64,000 nucleotides of DNA from Negaprion brevirostris (Eukaryota): NCBI GenBank assembly GCA_030324005.1, contig JARDVH010000132.1:91759905-91823904 (forward strand). Reading direction: 5' to 3'. Position 1 is the stretch's first letter, and every line of letters starts with the position of its first letter. Positions 13,256-25,799 of the stretch are shown here, one piece after another. The notes under the pieces were generated by a model that was not told the DNA's origin, did no database searches, and worked only from the letters and a program-made list of their open reading frames with translations. The translations under genes were made by a program, and so were the position numbers.

Positions 13256-14229
13256 TAGCCACGCGAAGATGTAAACTGGTGCCATGAAAAAGTATCATAG
13301 CATAATATCACTTGTCCTCCAGCCACCTCCCCTTCACAACTTTAAGAATAGGATGGTCAAAACTCATGGTCCACTTTGGCTGCAATCCTGAGTGCTGAGA
13401 GGTTGCATTGTAATTTTCTTTGTAAAACAGACTTCAGAATCAGCAAATTGAGTGTTGACCAGAATAATACACCTCTGTCTTTTAATCAATCAAAAATAAA
13501 TGCTACAAAAACCCATGCATGTGTCTTAATATCACTTGCAAATGAAAACACAGAGGAGTTATTCTTTCAATTAACTAGCAATATTATAAATTCAAACAGC
13601 ATTTTATTTCCTCTCTCCTCATGAGTGTGCATTTTGTTAGAATTTGCTGCTGATAAAAGATCTCTGCCATTTCAAATTAGCAAACTGATACTTTAATACA
13701 AGCTACTGAAGATTCTCCTTGTAATTTTTTAAAAATATGAATGCACAGGATGATGTATTTTGTCACTGTCATGTCATTGTAAAATGCAGCGTTGTAAAGG
13801 TATCCATCATTTAAATAAATGTGTATGTCAAAACCAAGATAATGGTTTGCCCTGAGGCTGGCTGGAGGCTGCATCCAGCTGTGTTTTGATATTGGGCCTA
13901 TTTAAGAGTGAATACTTGGCCAGATTTCTGCATTCACTTCTCACTAAAATTCCATATTCACCTGGGATTCGTCATGTTTCTCTACAACACTAAACAGTAA
14001 CTGGCAGTATTGTCAGTCTGTATTCACCTGGACTACGTGCCCTTTTGCAGTTTCATTGTCAGCCCAGACCCCCGAAGGACATTTTAAAGATAGGTCTCAT
14101 GATTTGTATGAAGAGTTAAGTAGCCCAGTTTGAAATTTCAGTTCTGTGAGTGTTCTCACGCTGCAATACAGGCAGTAATCTTTGGAAATTCACTTAATTG
14201 TTACAACAAAAAAGTTGGGAGTACAAAAG

Positions 14230-14582
14230 TATCGTGGTTATATTTCAGAATCAATAATCTAGTGGTCTGGATAAATGTTTTGGAGACATGAGTTCAATTC
14301 CCATCATGGCTGCTGGGGAATTTAAGCTAAGTTAACCAAGTGAATCTGGTTAGGAATGCTAGTAATAGTAATTTGACCATGAAATTACCAGTTTGTCTCA
14401 ATAACACAAGCTAGTTCATTAATATCTACCCTCCTTACCTGATCTAGCACAAATGTGACTCTAGACCCACAGCAGTATATTTGACTCTGAGCTGACTGAT
14501 CAAGCTACTGAGTTATACTGGGGTAGGCAATAAATGCTGACCTTACAATGAATGCCCCTATCTCATGAATGCATAACAAAAG
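14230..14582 (+). mobile_element. tRNA-derived SINE, same family as 6017-6340
   Basis: gagttcaattccc B box; tgtgactctagacccacagc; tail ggcaataaatgctgacc...atgaatgcataacaaaa. Confidence 0.7.
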
Positions 14583-14639
14583 AATTGGACATCCCAGGAA
14601 AACAGATGCAGGATTTGCCCCGTCCATTTCTTCAGATGC

Positions 14640-14770
14640 AGGCTTTAACAAAGGGTCATCTGGATTTGAAACTTTTCTCTCCTTACAGATGCTGCCAGAC
14701 CTGTTGAGATTTTCCTGCATTTTCTCTTTAGGCTTCAAATTCCAGCATCCGCAGTAATTTGCCTTTTTAC
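14640..14770 (+). mobile_element. Penelope-like element terminus
   Basis: cagatgctgccagacctgttgag...ttccagcatccgcagt, shared with 56709-56830, 37800-37880 and the reverse complement of 24550-24726. Confidence 0.65.
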
Positions 14771-14989
14771 ACAATTCAAATGATTGAAGCATGCAATCAG
14801 CACAAAGAATGCTGTTGAATGGCTGTACAGCTGAGCAGACAGTGTAAAGTTGAGAGAGGCTGGCACTAGTTAAAGCTAACTTGCGTTACTTAAGGCCAGT
14901 CTGCACCTTTGAAATGGAGGTGCAGTGTGGTTACAGCGGATGCTGAACATTGTTTTAAAAGTGGTGTTGACTTGGGTAATACTCAATTA

Positions 14990-15315
14990 AAGCACAATAT
15001 GGTAATGAGCGGGCTCTAAACTTTTCTAATGCTTCACTAGCAACTCAGGGCTGGAATTTTACCGCCCCGCCTGCCACGGGAATCAGAGTGGGTGAGGGAC
15101 AGACCATAGAAAGTTCCATTGACTTTGGGTGGGATTTTATGGTTTTGTGACAAGCGAGGCAGTAGAATCCCAACTGTCATCTGTCCATGGGAGCCAAGAG
15201 GTTCGTCAGAGAATCTTTGCAAAGGCAGTGGGAGCAGATCGTCATGAAGGTAGCCAGGAGTCTCGCCCCAAGGACTTGGATGCAGTGCAATAACTTCACA
15301 TAAGTGGTCAAGATC
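14990..15315 (+). pseudogene. Harbinger Myb/SANT-like ORF remnant interrupted by a MITE
   Basis: ERALNFSNASL.. before the MITE; ..ESLQRQWEQIVMKVARSLAPRTWMQCNNF after it. Confidence 0.7.
15048..15175 (+). mobile_element. ~128-bp Harbinger MITE
   Basis: TIRs gggctggaattttac / gtagaatcccaact; homologous to 43662-43788 and the reverse complement of 48209-48334. Confidence 0.8.
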
Positions 15316-15509
15316 AATGCATGTATCCTCAAATGCCACATCCCATCAACTGCACCACAATCCCAACACTCAGCTATTAATAACCTCAGTCATCACAACT
15401 CATATCAAACATTCATAGTTGCACCTGACCTTCACACACTTAGCTGTGTGCAAACCTCACATCTCACAGCTTACACACACTGTCAAACTACAGTCAACCA
15501 TGAAAGCCA

Positions 15510-15760
15510 TGTGAAGTTCAGATGCCTTCATTGTCCTGTAGATCTCCAGACTACTGCTGATTTGCTGTATGTTCCATGACACTGATCATGAGAGAGCAGC
15601 CATTGCTATCAGCAATTGGGCCAGAGTAAGCTCAGGAAATGCAAGAGCAGGAGATTGGGTAGGAAGAGGAAGTTGCACAGGACCAGGAGGAACACCAAAA
15701 GATTCCAGGGACATGGCCTGCATCTGGGACAGCCACCATCTCGTTGAAGAGTGCTTTTGA
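15510..15760 (+). pseudogene. HARBI1-like transposase C-terminal remnant
   Basis: KFRCLH.. then ICCMFH (cf. RFRCLD..CCxLHN) across frameshifts. Confidence 0.5.
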
Positions 15761-15959
15761 CAGACAGCCCCACCATCAGACACCCACCTGAGCACTGTTA
15801 CCCCATGATATATCTTCCATGATGAAGATACATCAGGAAGTTCACTATGTACATTGCAAACACAAGAACAAAATAAAACTGACCACCACTATCATAATCA
15901 CTCCATTTACCACACAACAATGAAAACATGACAGAACTTATAGTGTTTACAACAATTAA

Positions 15960-17360
15960 ACGATTAACCCTACTGATTAGTGGTTTTCCTAAGACTGCTC
16001 TTGTCTACTCTGCTGCTTCTACAGAGTTTTCTTTCTCACCCACCTCCTCTCTCTCTCTGGGGAATGAGATGCTTCTTCCTCTCTTTCCAGTTCCTTCTCA
16101 GGGGGATGGGTAGGGGGGTGGAGGGCCGAAGGTGGAGAGGGAGAGGAGGTGGTATCCACTGAGAGGCCAGCAGATTCTTACTTTCTCATTCCCATATCAC
16201 CACCTTGGGAGTCTTTTCAGCCTGCTGCTAATCTGCTGGGGACAGATCTTTGGGCAACTAAGACACTCTGCAAGCCCCTTTCAATCGAGGAACTCAAAAC
16301 CATAATGGCAGCTGTTTGAATGTCTATGGTAACACTTTGTAGTTCCATGAAAGATGTCAGTTGTGCAATCAGAGTTGTTTTAATATCCATTGCAATGAGC
16401 TACTGTATCTACAGTGGAAGCTGTGACATCAGTCAACAGATGCATGATGTCAGGCTCCGCAGGTCTCTGGATGGAATTGTCCAGCCTCTCCATATTGGAT
16501 AGGATGGATTCCTGTCTCTGTGTGAAGCCATGGACCAAGCTGAAGATGTACTCCATCAATCCCCTACCTGCAGCTTATAAGCTTTCATTCAGACTGCGCC
16601 AAGCATTTGACTCATCACATTCATCAGCCTTTATCTGAAGATAGGTCCTTTGACAATCTCACCTGATTCCTCTAAGCAAAGCCAGTGCATACCTTTGCTC
16701 TGCTAAAACAAAGAAACACCTATAGTGTCCTTTCCACTCTGTGTGGCTGCTGCTTACTCGTGCTTAGTGTGTACCATTGAGAGGATCCTCTTCTATCTTG
16801 CACCTAAGTTCTGCATGATGCTGCTCTCTGCGCTGCTGCAGTGATTTCTTCCTCACTCTTCTCCCCTCCTACTCTCCAAGGGGGATGAGGTGGTTCTTCC
16901 TCCTCTTCCAGTTCCTCCAGTGAGGACAGAAGTGGAAATGAGGTGAAGTAGATCTCATGCCCAGGAGACTCTAATGATAAAGATGGAAAGATTAAAGTGC
17001 AGTGCTTTTGACTACATGGGTGTGCAATGAGGCCATACAGAACTTGTGAGTGAAGACAGGTCTGTGGATTAGTGATCCTGAATAGTTACTGATCTGTAAG
17101 AAAGCTGTGATTATCACAAATTTGTAAGCAATATGTTCCCTGATCTGCCTGTGGCCAAGGTATCTGCCACTCTGCCTCCTCAAGGGGAGTGATCGTAAAT
17201 GCCTTCTTTGCAGTAAGATCATCCTGGTGTCATCTTGTCCTGGAAGAGACAGAGTGGTGATCATGAATGAATGTACTAGCTGGATGTTTGTATGAGCATT
17301 ACCTCTTGTGGTTGAAGTGTTGTGAGGTGTTTCTGAGATGAGCATGGGGTGTGTGGATCT
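15960..17360 (-). mobile_element. Probable Harbinger Myb-gene 3' region debris
   Basis: Two related purine-rich blocks on the minus strand (16055-16110, 16870-16925); adjoins the HARBI1 remnant; no clean ORF. Confidence 0.35.
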
Positions 17361-17469
17361 CAGAGTATNNNNNNNNNNNNNNNNNNNNNNNNNNNNNNNN
17401 NNNNNNNNNNNNNNNNNNNNNNNNNNNNNNNNNNNNNNNNNNNNNNNNNNNNNNNNNNNNNNNNNNNNT

Positions 17470-18065
17470 AATTTTCCAGTTTACTTTAACCAGTTTTAAG
17501 ATTAAAACACTAATCTTAGATCCACTTCCCTCTTCCTCAAACTGAATATGAAATTCAGTCAGATTGTGCTGTTACCTAGGAGTGCCTTCATTCTGAGGTC
17601 ATTCATTAATTGTGTTTCATTTCACATTATTAGATCTAATATTGCCTGCTCTCTCTTGGTGCTAAAAGTTGCTATTCTAAAAACTGTCCCAAAAACACTC
17701 TCTGAACTCATCATTCAGGCCACCTTTGCCAATCTGATTCGCTTAATCTCTATGTAGATTTAAATTATCCATGATTATCACCATACTCTTCTCACAAGCC
17801 CCATCATTTCTTCCTGTATAACCAATTCTTTAGTGTGGTTACTGCTAGGGGGCCTATAAACCACTCCCACACATAACTTCTTATTTGTACTATTTCTCAT
17901 CTCTACTAAATTGATTCTACACCTTGATCTCCAGAACTAAGATCATCTCTCTCTATTCTACCATGTCAATCTTAATTAACAGAGCTACCCCTCCACCTTT
18001 GCCTAACTTCCTGTTCTTCCTCAGTGTCATGTACGGTTGACTATTCAGGTCCCAGTCTTTGTCAT
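17470..18065 (-). mobile_element. CR1 ORF2 endonuclease-region fragment
   Basis: Reverse complement encodes GVVYRPP and IIMDNLN-like motifs, matching the + strand CR1 at 21590-22260. Confidence 0.7.
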
Positions 18066-18244
18066 CTGAGAGCTTGTGAACCCTTTTCCTCAGTTGCTGA
18101 GCCTTCCTGAAGGGTAAATCAGGGTACAGGGTAAATCAGCCAACATGTTTCACATCTTTAGTGCATGTGCTTGCATGGAGGTTATACATACCATTCTTGG
18201 AAAATTGCTCTTTATCTGTGTTAAACATGCAGGTCTCTGTTGCA
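17618..18244 (+). repeat. Direct repeat copy 1 (627 bp)
   Basis: Aligns end to end with 19356-19973 (catttcacattattagatct...gtctctgttgca). Confidence 0.95.
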
Positions 18245-18649
18245 TTTAAACCATAGTAATCAACAATTAGCAGCAAGGTTGCAGGGTAAAACCAGACCTG
18301 TAAAAAGGCATGGCTTATTCCAGACTTTTAAACAGGCACATTTTATTAACACAGCATCTATATTCAGGACTCGACTTTTCATCACAATGCTTATATGAAG
18401 AAATAGACAGTTATAGACTGAAGTTTATCAGTTAGAAATCATGGTAAGTTGGATTGAGAGAAATAGGAAATACAAAGGGACATCAAGGGGTTAAGTGAAT
18501 GGGTTGAACTATCATATTGAGAAAGGTGATGTGACCGAAAAAGAAATGGGAATGTTTTCTTAATGGTGAGAGCCTGAGGGCTACAACTTTGTTTTCCTGA
18601 TTTCTTTTAGGTAAGAGATCTACAATTCACAACTTGCCCAGATCAGTTC

Positions 18650-20015
18650 CTTTAGATGTGGGCAATATGCAAAACTTAATACTCCCACTTCATTTAACTA
18701 ATTGTAGTGGGAAACCAAGCAGGTTCCTTGCTACTGGCATCCTCTTCATGCCCTGCACTCAGCAGAGGGGCCTGATAGTGTTGCTCTGAGAGTACAGGGG
18801 ACAATCAGGCTCTGATCTTAAAGGCAGGCTGTCCCTCTTAAAGGGAAGATGCACTGAAAATTACTGTGGGAATTTGTCAGGTGGAAAATATAACTCCTGG
18901 GCAGAGAGAATTTCCAGGGTGATGAATGTTATGCTGGAGGCATTAGTAGTGGAAGTGGTGGGAGACAAGAAGCCATGGTTTTGCAGGCTCTCAGACACTC
19001 AGAAAAGAGTGAAGGCAAGCAGAGAGCTCAACTATGGATCCAAGGCCTTGGCAGCAAAAGTTTTAGTAGCCTCATAAGGTTGGTCAACATTTCTGAATTC
19101 AACTTCACATGACCTGCCAAGCCTCCAGTGTCTCATGTTGCTCGATCCACCACATCAATCAATCAACCTATCACTCACCCACCAGCACTCTTTGGCAGTC
19201 AGGACCTCACGCCTAACATCCAGAGAGTTCACCTGACCCTCACACAAACAGACATCAATGCTGCCAGTCTCACACTCATCTCTTGTTGTCTCCACATACC
19301 TCCAGCTATTCAGCTGTGACAAGCACATCGCCCAAACATAGTGCTACATAATCACCATTTCACATTATTAGATCTAATATTGCCTGCTCTCTCTTGGTGC
19401 TAAAAGTTGCCGTTCTAAAAACTGTTCCAAAAACACTCTCTAAACTCATCATTCAGGCCACATTTGCCAATCTGATTTGCTTAATCTCTATGTAGATTTA
19501 AATTATCCATGATTATCACCATATTCTTCTCACAAGCCCCATCATTTCTTCCTGTATAACCCATCCTTTAGTGTGGTTACTGTTAGGGGGCCTATGAACC
19601 ATTCCCATTTGTAACGTCTTACCTGTACTATTTCTCATCTCTACCAAATTGATTCTACACCTTGATCTCCAGAACTAAGGTCAACACTCTCTATTCTACC
19701 ATGTCAATCTTAATTAACAGAGCTACCCCTCCACCTTTTCCTAACTTCCTGTTTTTCCTCAGTGTCATGTATGGTTGATTATTCAGGTCCCAGTCTTTGT
19801 CATCCGAGAGCTTGTGAATCCTTTTCCTCAGTTGCTGAGCCTTCCTGATAGGCGTCATTGTAAATCAGCCAACATGTTTCACATCTTCAGTGCATGTGCT
19901 TGCATGGAGATTATACATGCCATTCCTGGAAAATTGCTCTTTACCTGTGTTAAACATGCAAGTCTCTGTTGCAGCACCTCCTGGCATTTCTCTTGCAAGA
20001 CAAGCTGGGTGACAG
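18650..20015 (+). mobile_element. Harbinger fragment with Myb/SANT exon 1, intron and start of exon 2
   Basis: ERISRVMNVMLEALVVEVVG (18874-19077); after the inserted repeat, tttctcttgcaag ACAAGCTGG resembles an acceptor followed by DKL.. Confidence 0.55.
19356..19973 (+). repeat. Direct repeat copy 2 (618 bp)
   Basis: Same CR1/non-CR1 junction as copy 1; scattered substitutions; one indel near copy 1 positions 18110-18135. Confidence 0.95.
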
Positions 20016-20019
20016 CCAG

Positions 20020-20935
20020 AATCTCAGAATTATTATAGCGTAGAAGGAGCCATTCAGCCCATCAATTCAATGCCAGCTCACTGTCGGACCAATTTACCAA
20101 GTGCCACTCCCTTGCCTTCTCCACACAACACTGCACATTTTTGCTTTTCAACAATCCAACACACCTTGAATGACTTAATGGAACATGCCTCTACCATATT
20201 ATCAAGCAGTGCATTCCAGACCTTAATCAGTCACTGCATGATGAGGTTTTGCCTTATGTTGCCATTGATTCTTTTGCCAATTACCCGAAATCTGTGTCCA
20301 CTTGTTCTCGATCCTTCCACCAATGGGAGCAATTTTCTCTATCCGCTCTGTCCAGACCTCTCATGATTTGGAGTCCCTCTGTCGAGTTTCCTCTCAACAT
20401 TTTCTTCTTTAGGGAAAACAGTCCCAACTTCTCCAATCTATCTCTGTATCCAAGAACCATGCTCATTAATATTTTCTGCACTCTCCCTAATGCCTGCACA
20501 TCCTTTCTAAAGTGTGGTGGCCAAATTCAGATGCAATACTTCAGTTGAGGCTGAACCAATGTTTTGTACAAGTTTAACATAATATCCTTACTTCTGTACT
20601 CCATACCCCAATTAATAAAGCTTAAGATACTGTACGCTTTTATCAACCACCCACTCAACCTGTCCTGCCACTTTCAATGATTTTGTATAAGTAGACCCAG
20701 GTCCCTTTGCTCTTGTACCTGCTTTAGAATTGTCCTCATTATTTTTTATTGTCCCTCTGTATTCTTCGTATCAAAATGAATTTCATACTTTGCTGCATTA
20801 AATTTCATCTATTTTTCCATTTATTTCACCAACCTGCCTAGGTCCTTTTGAGGTTCTACAACATGCCCCTTATGGTTGACAATACTTAAACACTTTGCAA
20901 CCTCCACACATTTTCAAATGGTTCTCTGTATCCTA
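20020..20935 (-). mobile_element. CR1 (HER1-like) 3' portion
   Basis: ALGRVQK..YRDRLEKLGLFSLKKKMLRG..QIMRGLDR. Confidence 0.9.
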
Positions 20936-20939
20936 AGGT

Positions 20940-21240
20940 CTGGAGGTCTTCTGGTGCAATGGGTAGTGTCCCTGCTTCTGAGCCAGGAGATCCAGGTTCA
21001 CATCCTTCTCTAGGGCTTCGTGGCCACAGAAGGTGCATTCGTAACAGGGCCAAATAGGTTCATCATCAACTTGTAAATCCTTCCAACACATGCCAATAGC
21101 AGGCTGTAAGAGCAAGAGGAATTCCCATTCAGCTGTGTGAAGGGACAAAATTGGAGCCTGTACAGTCATTATCCATAGCTCCAGGCTATCACACGCATGT
21201 AAAAGTCTATGTGGCCACAGTAACTCTGACTCTTTGGGGT
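20940..21240 (+). mobile_element. tRNA-derived SINE (fourth family)
   Basis: tggtgcaatgggtagtgtccctgcttctgagccaggag head; homologous to 33660-33975. Confidence 0.65.
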
Positions 21241-21589
21241 GCCAGTCTGATGGCTGGTGTGGATCAAAATATGGCCAACAGCACAGGGTTTGATCCCCAT
21301 CCCAGCTGGGTTAGATTCAAGNNNNNNNNNNNNNNNNNNNNNNNNNNNNNNNNNNNNNNTTGGACCTGCTTTCCTGCAGAGAACACAAAAAAAAGAACAC
21401 AAAAAGAAGAAGACACCAAGGGTTCAGTCACATACAAAATTAGAAAATCAAAATTAAAGGAGAGGTAGGAGTGCAGGTTAGTGATAAGGTGGATGTTACC
21501 AGAAAATAAAAGGAAGGGACAGAGCATGTGAATGTCTTTTTGCAGCAGGGAATTATACAAGAGTAGGAAAATTGATAATAGAACAAGCT

Positions 21590-23378
21590 TAAAGGCATAA
21601 GGGCTATCTGAATGCAGGAATCATTTGGAACAAAATTAAAGAGTTAACAGCACAAATAAAGTCAAAGGGTTATGAGTTGGTGGTGATTACAGAGACATGG
21701 TTACAAGAAGACCAGGTTGGGAATTGAATATCCAAAGGCATTCAGCATTTTGGAAGAATATACAGAAAGGAAAAGAGAGTAGTGTAACCTTGCTAGTGAA
21801 GGAAGGAATCAGTGCTGTGGTGAGAAATGATATAAGCACTGGAAGTCAAAATGTGGAATCTGTTTGGGCTAAAATAAGAAATAGCAAAGAAAAGAAGTCA
21901 CTGATCGGCATAATCCATTAGTCCCGAAACAGTAGCTCTGCAATGGGGCACAAGAAATACTGGGGGCTTGTAAGAAAGGTATGGCAATAATCATGGGTGA
22001 TTTTAATATGCACTTAGATTGGATTAATCAAATTGGTAAAATGGCCAGTAAGAGTTCATTGATTGTATTAGAGATTATTTTTTGGAACAATATGTGTGGA
22101 AACAACCAGAGAGCAGGTTACTATGGATTTGGTATTGTGTAATGAGCAGGGATTAATTAGTGACTTCATAATTAAGGAAGAGTGTTCATATTATGATAAT
22201 TCAAAACTTAGTTTAAAGGTGAGAAACTGGAGTTCTACATTCACATTTTGGAGTTAAACAAAGGTAATTATGTAAGAATGGGGATAGGCTTGCCCAAGTG
22301 GACTGGACCAGGAAGACTGAAAGGTAGTATAGTGGATGAGCAGTGGTAGTTGTTTAAGGAGCTATTCCTCCCAGCTAAAATATATTCCAAAGAGGAAGAA
22401 AGATTGTAAGGAGGGTTTGGGGGGAGTTTGGGGCGGGGGGAGGCGGAGAAATATTCATAGCTAAGTGAGGAAGTTAAAGACATCATAAAGACAAAAATGA
22501 GGGCATACCATATTGCAAAGGCCAATGGCAGACTGGAAGATTGGGAAACTTTTAAAGATCAACAAAGGGTTACTAAAAAAGTAATAAAAATAGCAAAGGT
22601 AAATTATGTAAGTAGACTAGCACAAAATATAAAAAAGGATAACAAAAGCTTCTGTAAGCACATAAAAGTGAAGAGAATAACTAAAGTGGATGTTGGTCGC
22701 TTGGAGGATGAGACTGGGGAGTTACTAGTGGGAAAGACAGAAAAGGCAGAGATGGTAAATCAAAATTTTGCCTCAGTTTTCATGATAGCATCCTAATAGT
22801 AACTGCTATTGCAGAGGAAATAGAAGGCAAGGAAATTAGAACAATCATCATCACTAGGGAAAAAGTACTGGGATTGAAGACAGATAAGTCCCCAAGGCCT
22901 GATGGCCTACATCCTAGGGAGTGAAAGAAAGTGACAGCGGAGGTAGTGGATCCATTAGTTATATTATTCTAAAATTCTCTGGATGCGAGAATGGTTCCAG
23001 TAGTTTGGAAAAATGCTAATATAGAGGCCTTATTCAAAAAGGGAAGGAGGCAGAAAGTAGGAAGCTATAGATCAATTAGTTTAACATCTGATGTCGGGAA
23101 ATTGTTAGAATCCATTATTAGGAAGTAATAGCAGGGCATTTGGAGAGTCAAAACACAATCCATCAAGTCAGCATTGTTTTATGAAGGGGAAATCGTGTTC
23201 GACTAATTTGATAGAGTTCTTTGGAGATGTAACAAGCCAAGTGGAAAATGGGGATCCTGCAGATGTAGCATATCTGGATTTCAGGAAGGCATTTAATAAG
23301 GTGCTGTAAAGAAGCTTTATACACAAGTAACATCAGATGGGGTTGGGGTAATGTATTAGCTTGGACAGAAGACTGGAG
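21590..23378 (+). mobile_element. CR1 ORF2 (APE endonuclease to RT), decayed and 3'-truncated
   Basis: YLNA..VITETWLQ, WELNIQ, IIMGDFN, DKSPRPDGLHPR, WKNAN, DVAYLDFRKAFNKV across frameshifts. Confidence 0.92.
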
Positions 23379-23594
23379 ATCATGGACGTGTTACAGGGTG
23401 CTAAGATTGTAGATGACGCATACTATCTTAACATTGTCCTGCATAATAATGGATGATGGATAATGGCTCAAGTCCNNNNNNAAATGGGAATGTATCAGAC
23501 TGGATTGGCAATTGTATCTTGGTAGTAGTGTATGTTTACGTATTTGGGTGTCAGGAATAGGTGTCAGCGTTGGGATGTTCCAAACGGAAAGAAA

Positions 23595-24125
23595 GACTTG
23601 TATTTTTATGTAGTACCCTTTGCAAACAACATGGACAGGATATCTCAGCCTACTCTCCAGCATTGGAGGTGGCCCACCACTGGCTGATGCCCAGATCTTC
23701 CGACCCGCTGATACCTTTGGGGCTTTGGGTGCCCCAAACAACTGCTGCCAGAGAACACGCTGCGGGGGATCACCTTTGGCAGACCAGAAGATCCCACTGG
23801 CAGAAAGGGCACAAAAAATTTGGCCTATATGTCCCAAATTATTTCACAGCCAGTAACTTCACTGCTTCCCTTCAAAGTAGTGCAGTGGGATCTTTTACGT
23901 TCAGCTGAGAGGTCAGACAGGGTCTTGATTTAACATCTCATCCAAAAGAAAGCATCTCTGACAGTGCAGCACTTCCTCAGGTACATTGCAGTATTATCCT
24001 AGATTTTTGCACTCAATTCCTCGAGTAAGTTACTTGATTTAAATGTAACTCAACCATTTTTCAGATTAATTTTGGACCTTCCAAATCGTTGACCAGAGGA
24101 CTACTAACTAAGCCACAGCTGACAC
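23595..24125 (-). mobile_element. Deu-domain SINE (SacSINE1/AmnSINE1-like) containing a MITE
   Basis: gggatcttttacgttcagctgagagg...ttaacatctcatccaaaag...gacagtgcagcacttcctcag is the reverse complement of the Deu domain; L2-type tail. Confidence 0.8.
23647..23826. mobile_element. Harbinger-like MITE inside the DeuSINE
   Basis: GC-rich insert with internal inverted gatcttc/gaagatc; right end aaaaaatttggcc. Confidence 0.45.
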
Positions 24126-24549
24126 TCAAAGGAAAAATTGTGCAATGCTCTAAATTTTAAGATGACATCAGAATAGGAGCAGTGACAGTTCAATGTGTAA
24201 AAATACCTAAAATGATCTAGAAAACCTAATCTGTCCAGCAGGATCAAATCAGACTTAATTTTAACACTTCACCCAATTTATTTTTCCATTGACTTATTCC
24301 TGGGTGAATTATCTCCTATATTCGTGACAGAGATGTAACAGATGCAGGTTATACAAAGAATTATAAAGTTATGAGATTCATTAGAGGGAGGAATAACATG
24401 GAATATTTAACAAATGGAAATATGCTGTTACTGTTGATAAAGAACTTTCAGGATTTGTTGGATAAGTTGCTAAAATATTCAGTTCATACAGTCAGAGGAG
24501 CAAATAGAGCTTTGGGCTGTGTGGCTTCATTAGTAAATGTTAATGAAGA

Positions 24550-25150
24550 TCGAAAAAACTGGAAATATTCAGCAGGTTGCTGCTGGAGAGAACAAGCACA
24601 GTCCCAACAGGCTGAATAGCCTCCTTCTGTGCAGCAACCATTCTATGACTCTATAGTAGGTGTGGCAGCATCTGTGGAGAGAGAAACAGTTAAGGTTTCA
24701 TGTTGATTACCTTTCACCAGAACTGTAAAACGAAGAAAAGAGCAAAGGGTAATGCCTGTGATAGGATGGAAGGCAATAAATATTAAATGACAAATGGGAT
24801 GATGATGCAATGCAAAGGTGCGGGGGAGAGGGGGGGAATGGGACAAGCAATAGCTCTGGCTGGAGGAGGTCTAAATGTAAACAATAGGATCTTTACTAGC
24901 AGCTGCTACCTGAAACAATAAGAGCACTAGTTATGATTCAAAACTGTTGAACTCACTGTCGAAGCCTGGAAGCCAGTAATGTGCCTAATTTAATGAGGAG
25001 GTGCTGTTTCTCAAGCTTTTATGTTAAGCTTCATTGGATCAATATAGGAAGCTAAGGACAAAATGGTCAGAATGAGATGAGGCGGAGAAGAAAAATGTCA
25101 GCTGACCAGAATCTCTGGATTAGCCTTGTGGGCTGAACTGAGAGATTCCT
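24550..25150 (-). mobile_element. Penelope-like element: GIY-YIG C-terminus plus terminus
   Basis: Reverse complement KLEKQHLLIKLGTL (cf. KLEEQHLIFRLGTL); terminus with hammerhead-like motif; small CR1 tail inserted at about 24578-24654. Confidence 0.75.
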
Positions 25151-25696
25151 CAGTACAGATGAACATCCTACTAATGTACAAATCGTTCATCCACAAATGT
25201 TATCAACAATAATGCCTCAGTGATAGACCCCTATACAAAAAGGAATGCACACATGGACAAGATCATCTGAACCTTATCAGTTCAATTAAACCGTCCCCAA
25301 CATGTTATGCGCTTTCCTCTTTCACTGGACATCTCTGCAACTGTTTTCCACATTCAGTCATAAAGAACCTGTGAAACATGAACCAGAGAAAGACATTAAT
25401 TATTTTCACACCTTGCAGTGTAGCCTAATGATGGGAAACTGTGCCTATTTCTCAAGTTTCTCTGACAGTGAAGTTTCACAAAGGTAATGAGTTGTTGGAG
25501 GCTCAGCAAACAGTGGTATGCATTCACAAGAATGTGGTTAAAGTGGCTAATAAAAGACTGACAAGCACTGTCAGGCACAGCTTGTATTTCAGCTGCTCAT
25601 TTCGCTGAAGGCAGATAATTTATGCCTTACCTAATGACTTTGCATACTCTTAAGAATAACTCATTGAAATAATCACGGAATGTTAATTGAACATAC

Positions 25697-25799
25697 TCCA
25701 GATTCTGTAATGCTGAGCATCCTGTTCTCAGTCTGCACCAGCTCAACCAGGTATATAACACACATGGTAGCTAGATTGACAGTTGCCTTGTCAGAATGC
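25697..25799 (-). CDS. Candidate coding exon D: HSDKATVNLATMCVIYLVELVQTENRMLSITESG, phase 2 to 0
   Basis: Strong acceptor ttctttattaccttaacttacctttag, donor GGA|gtatgt; 103 nt; protein-like helical sequence. Confidence 0.68.

Noticed and set aside
25305-25370. Minus-strand acceptor followed by FFMTECGKQLQRCPVKEESA*
   Set aside because: Open frame needs phase 2 while exon D ends in phase 0; no further support
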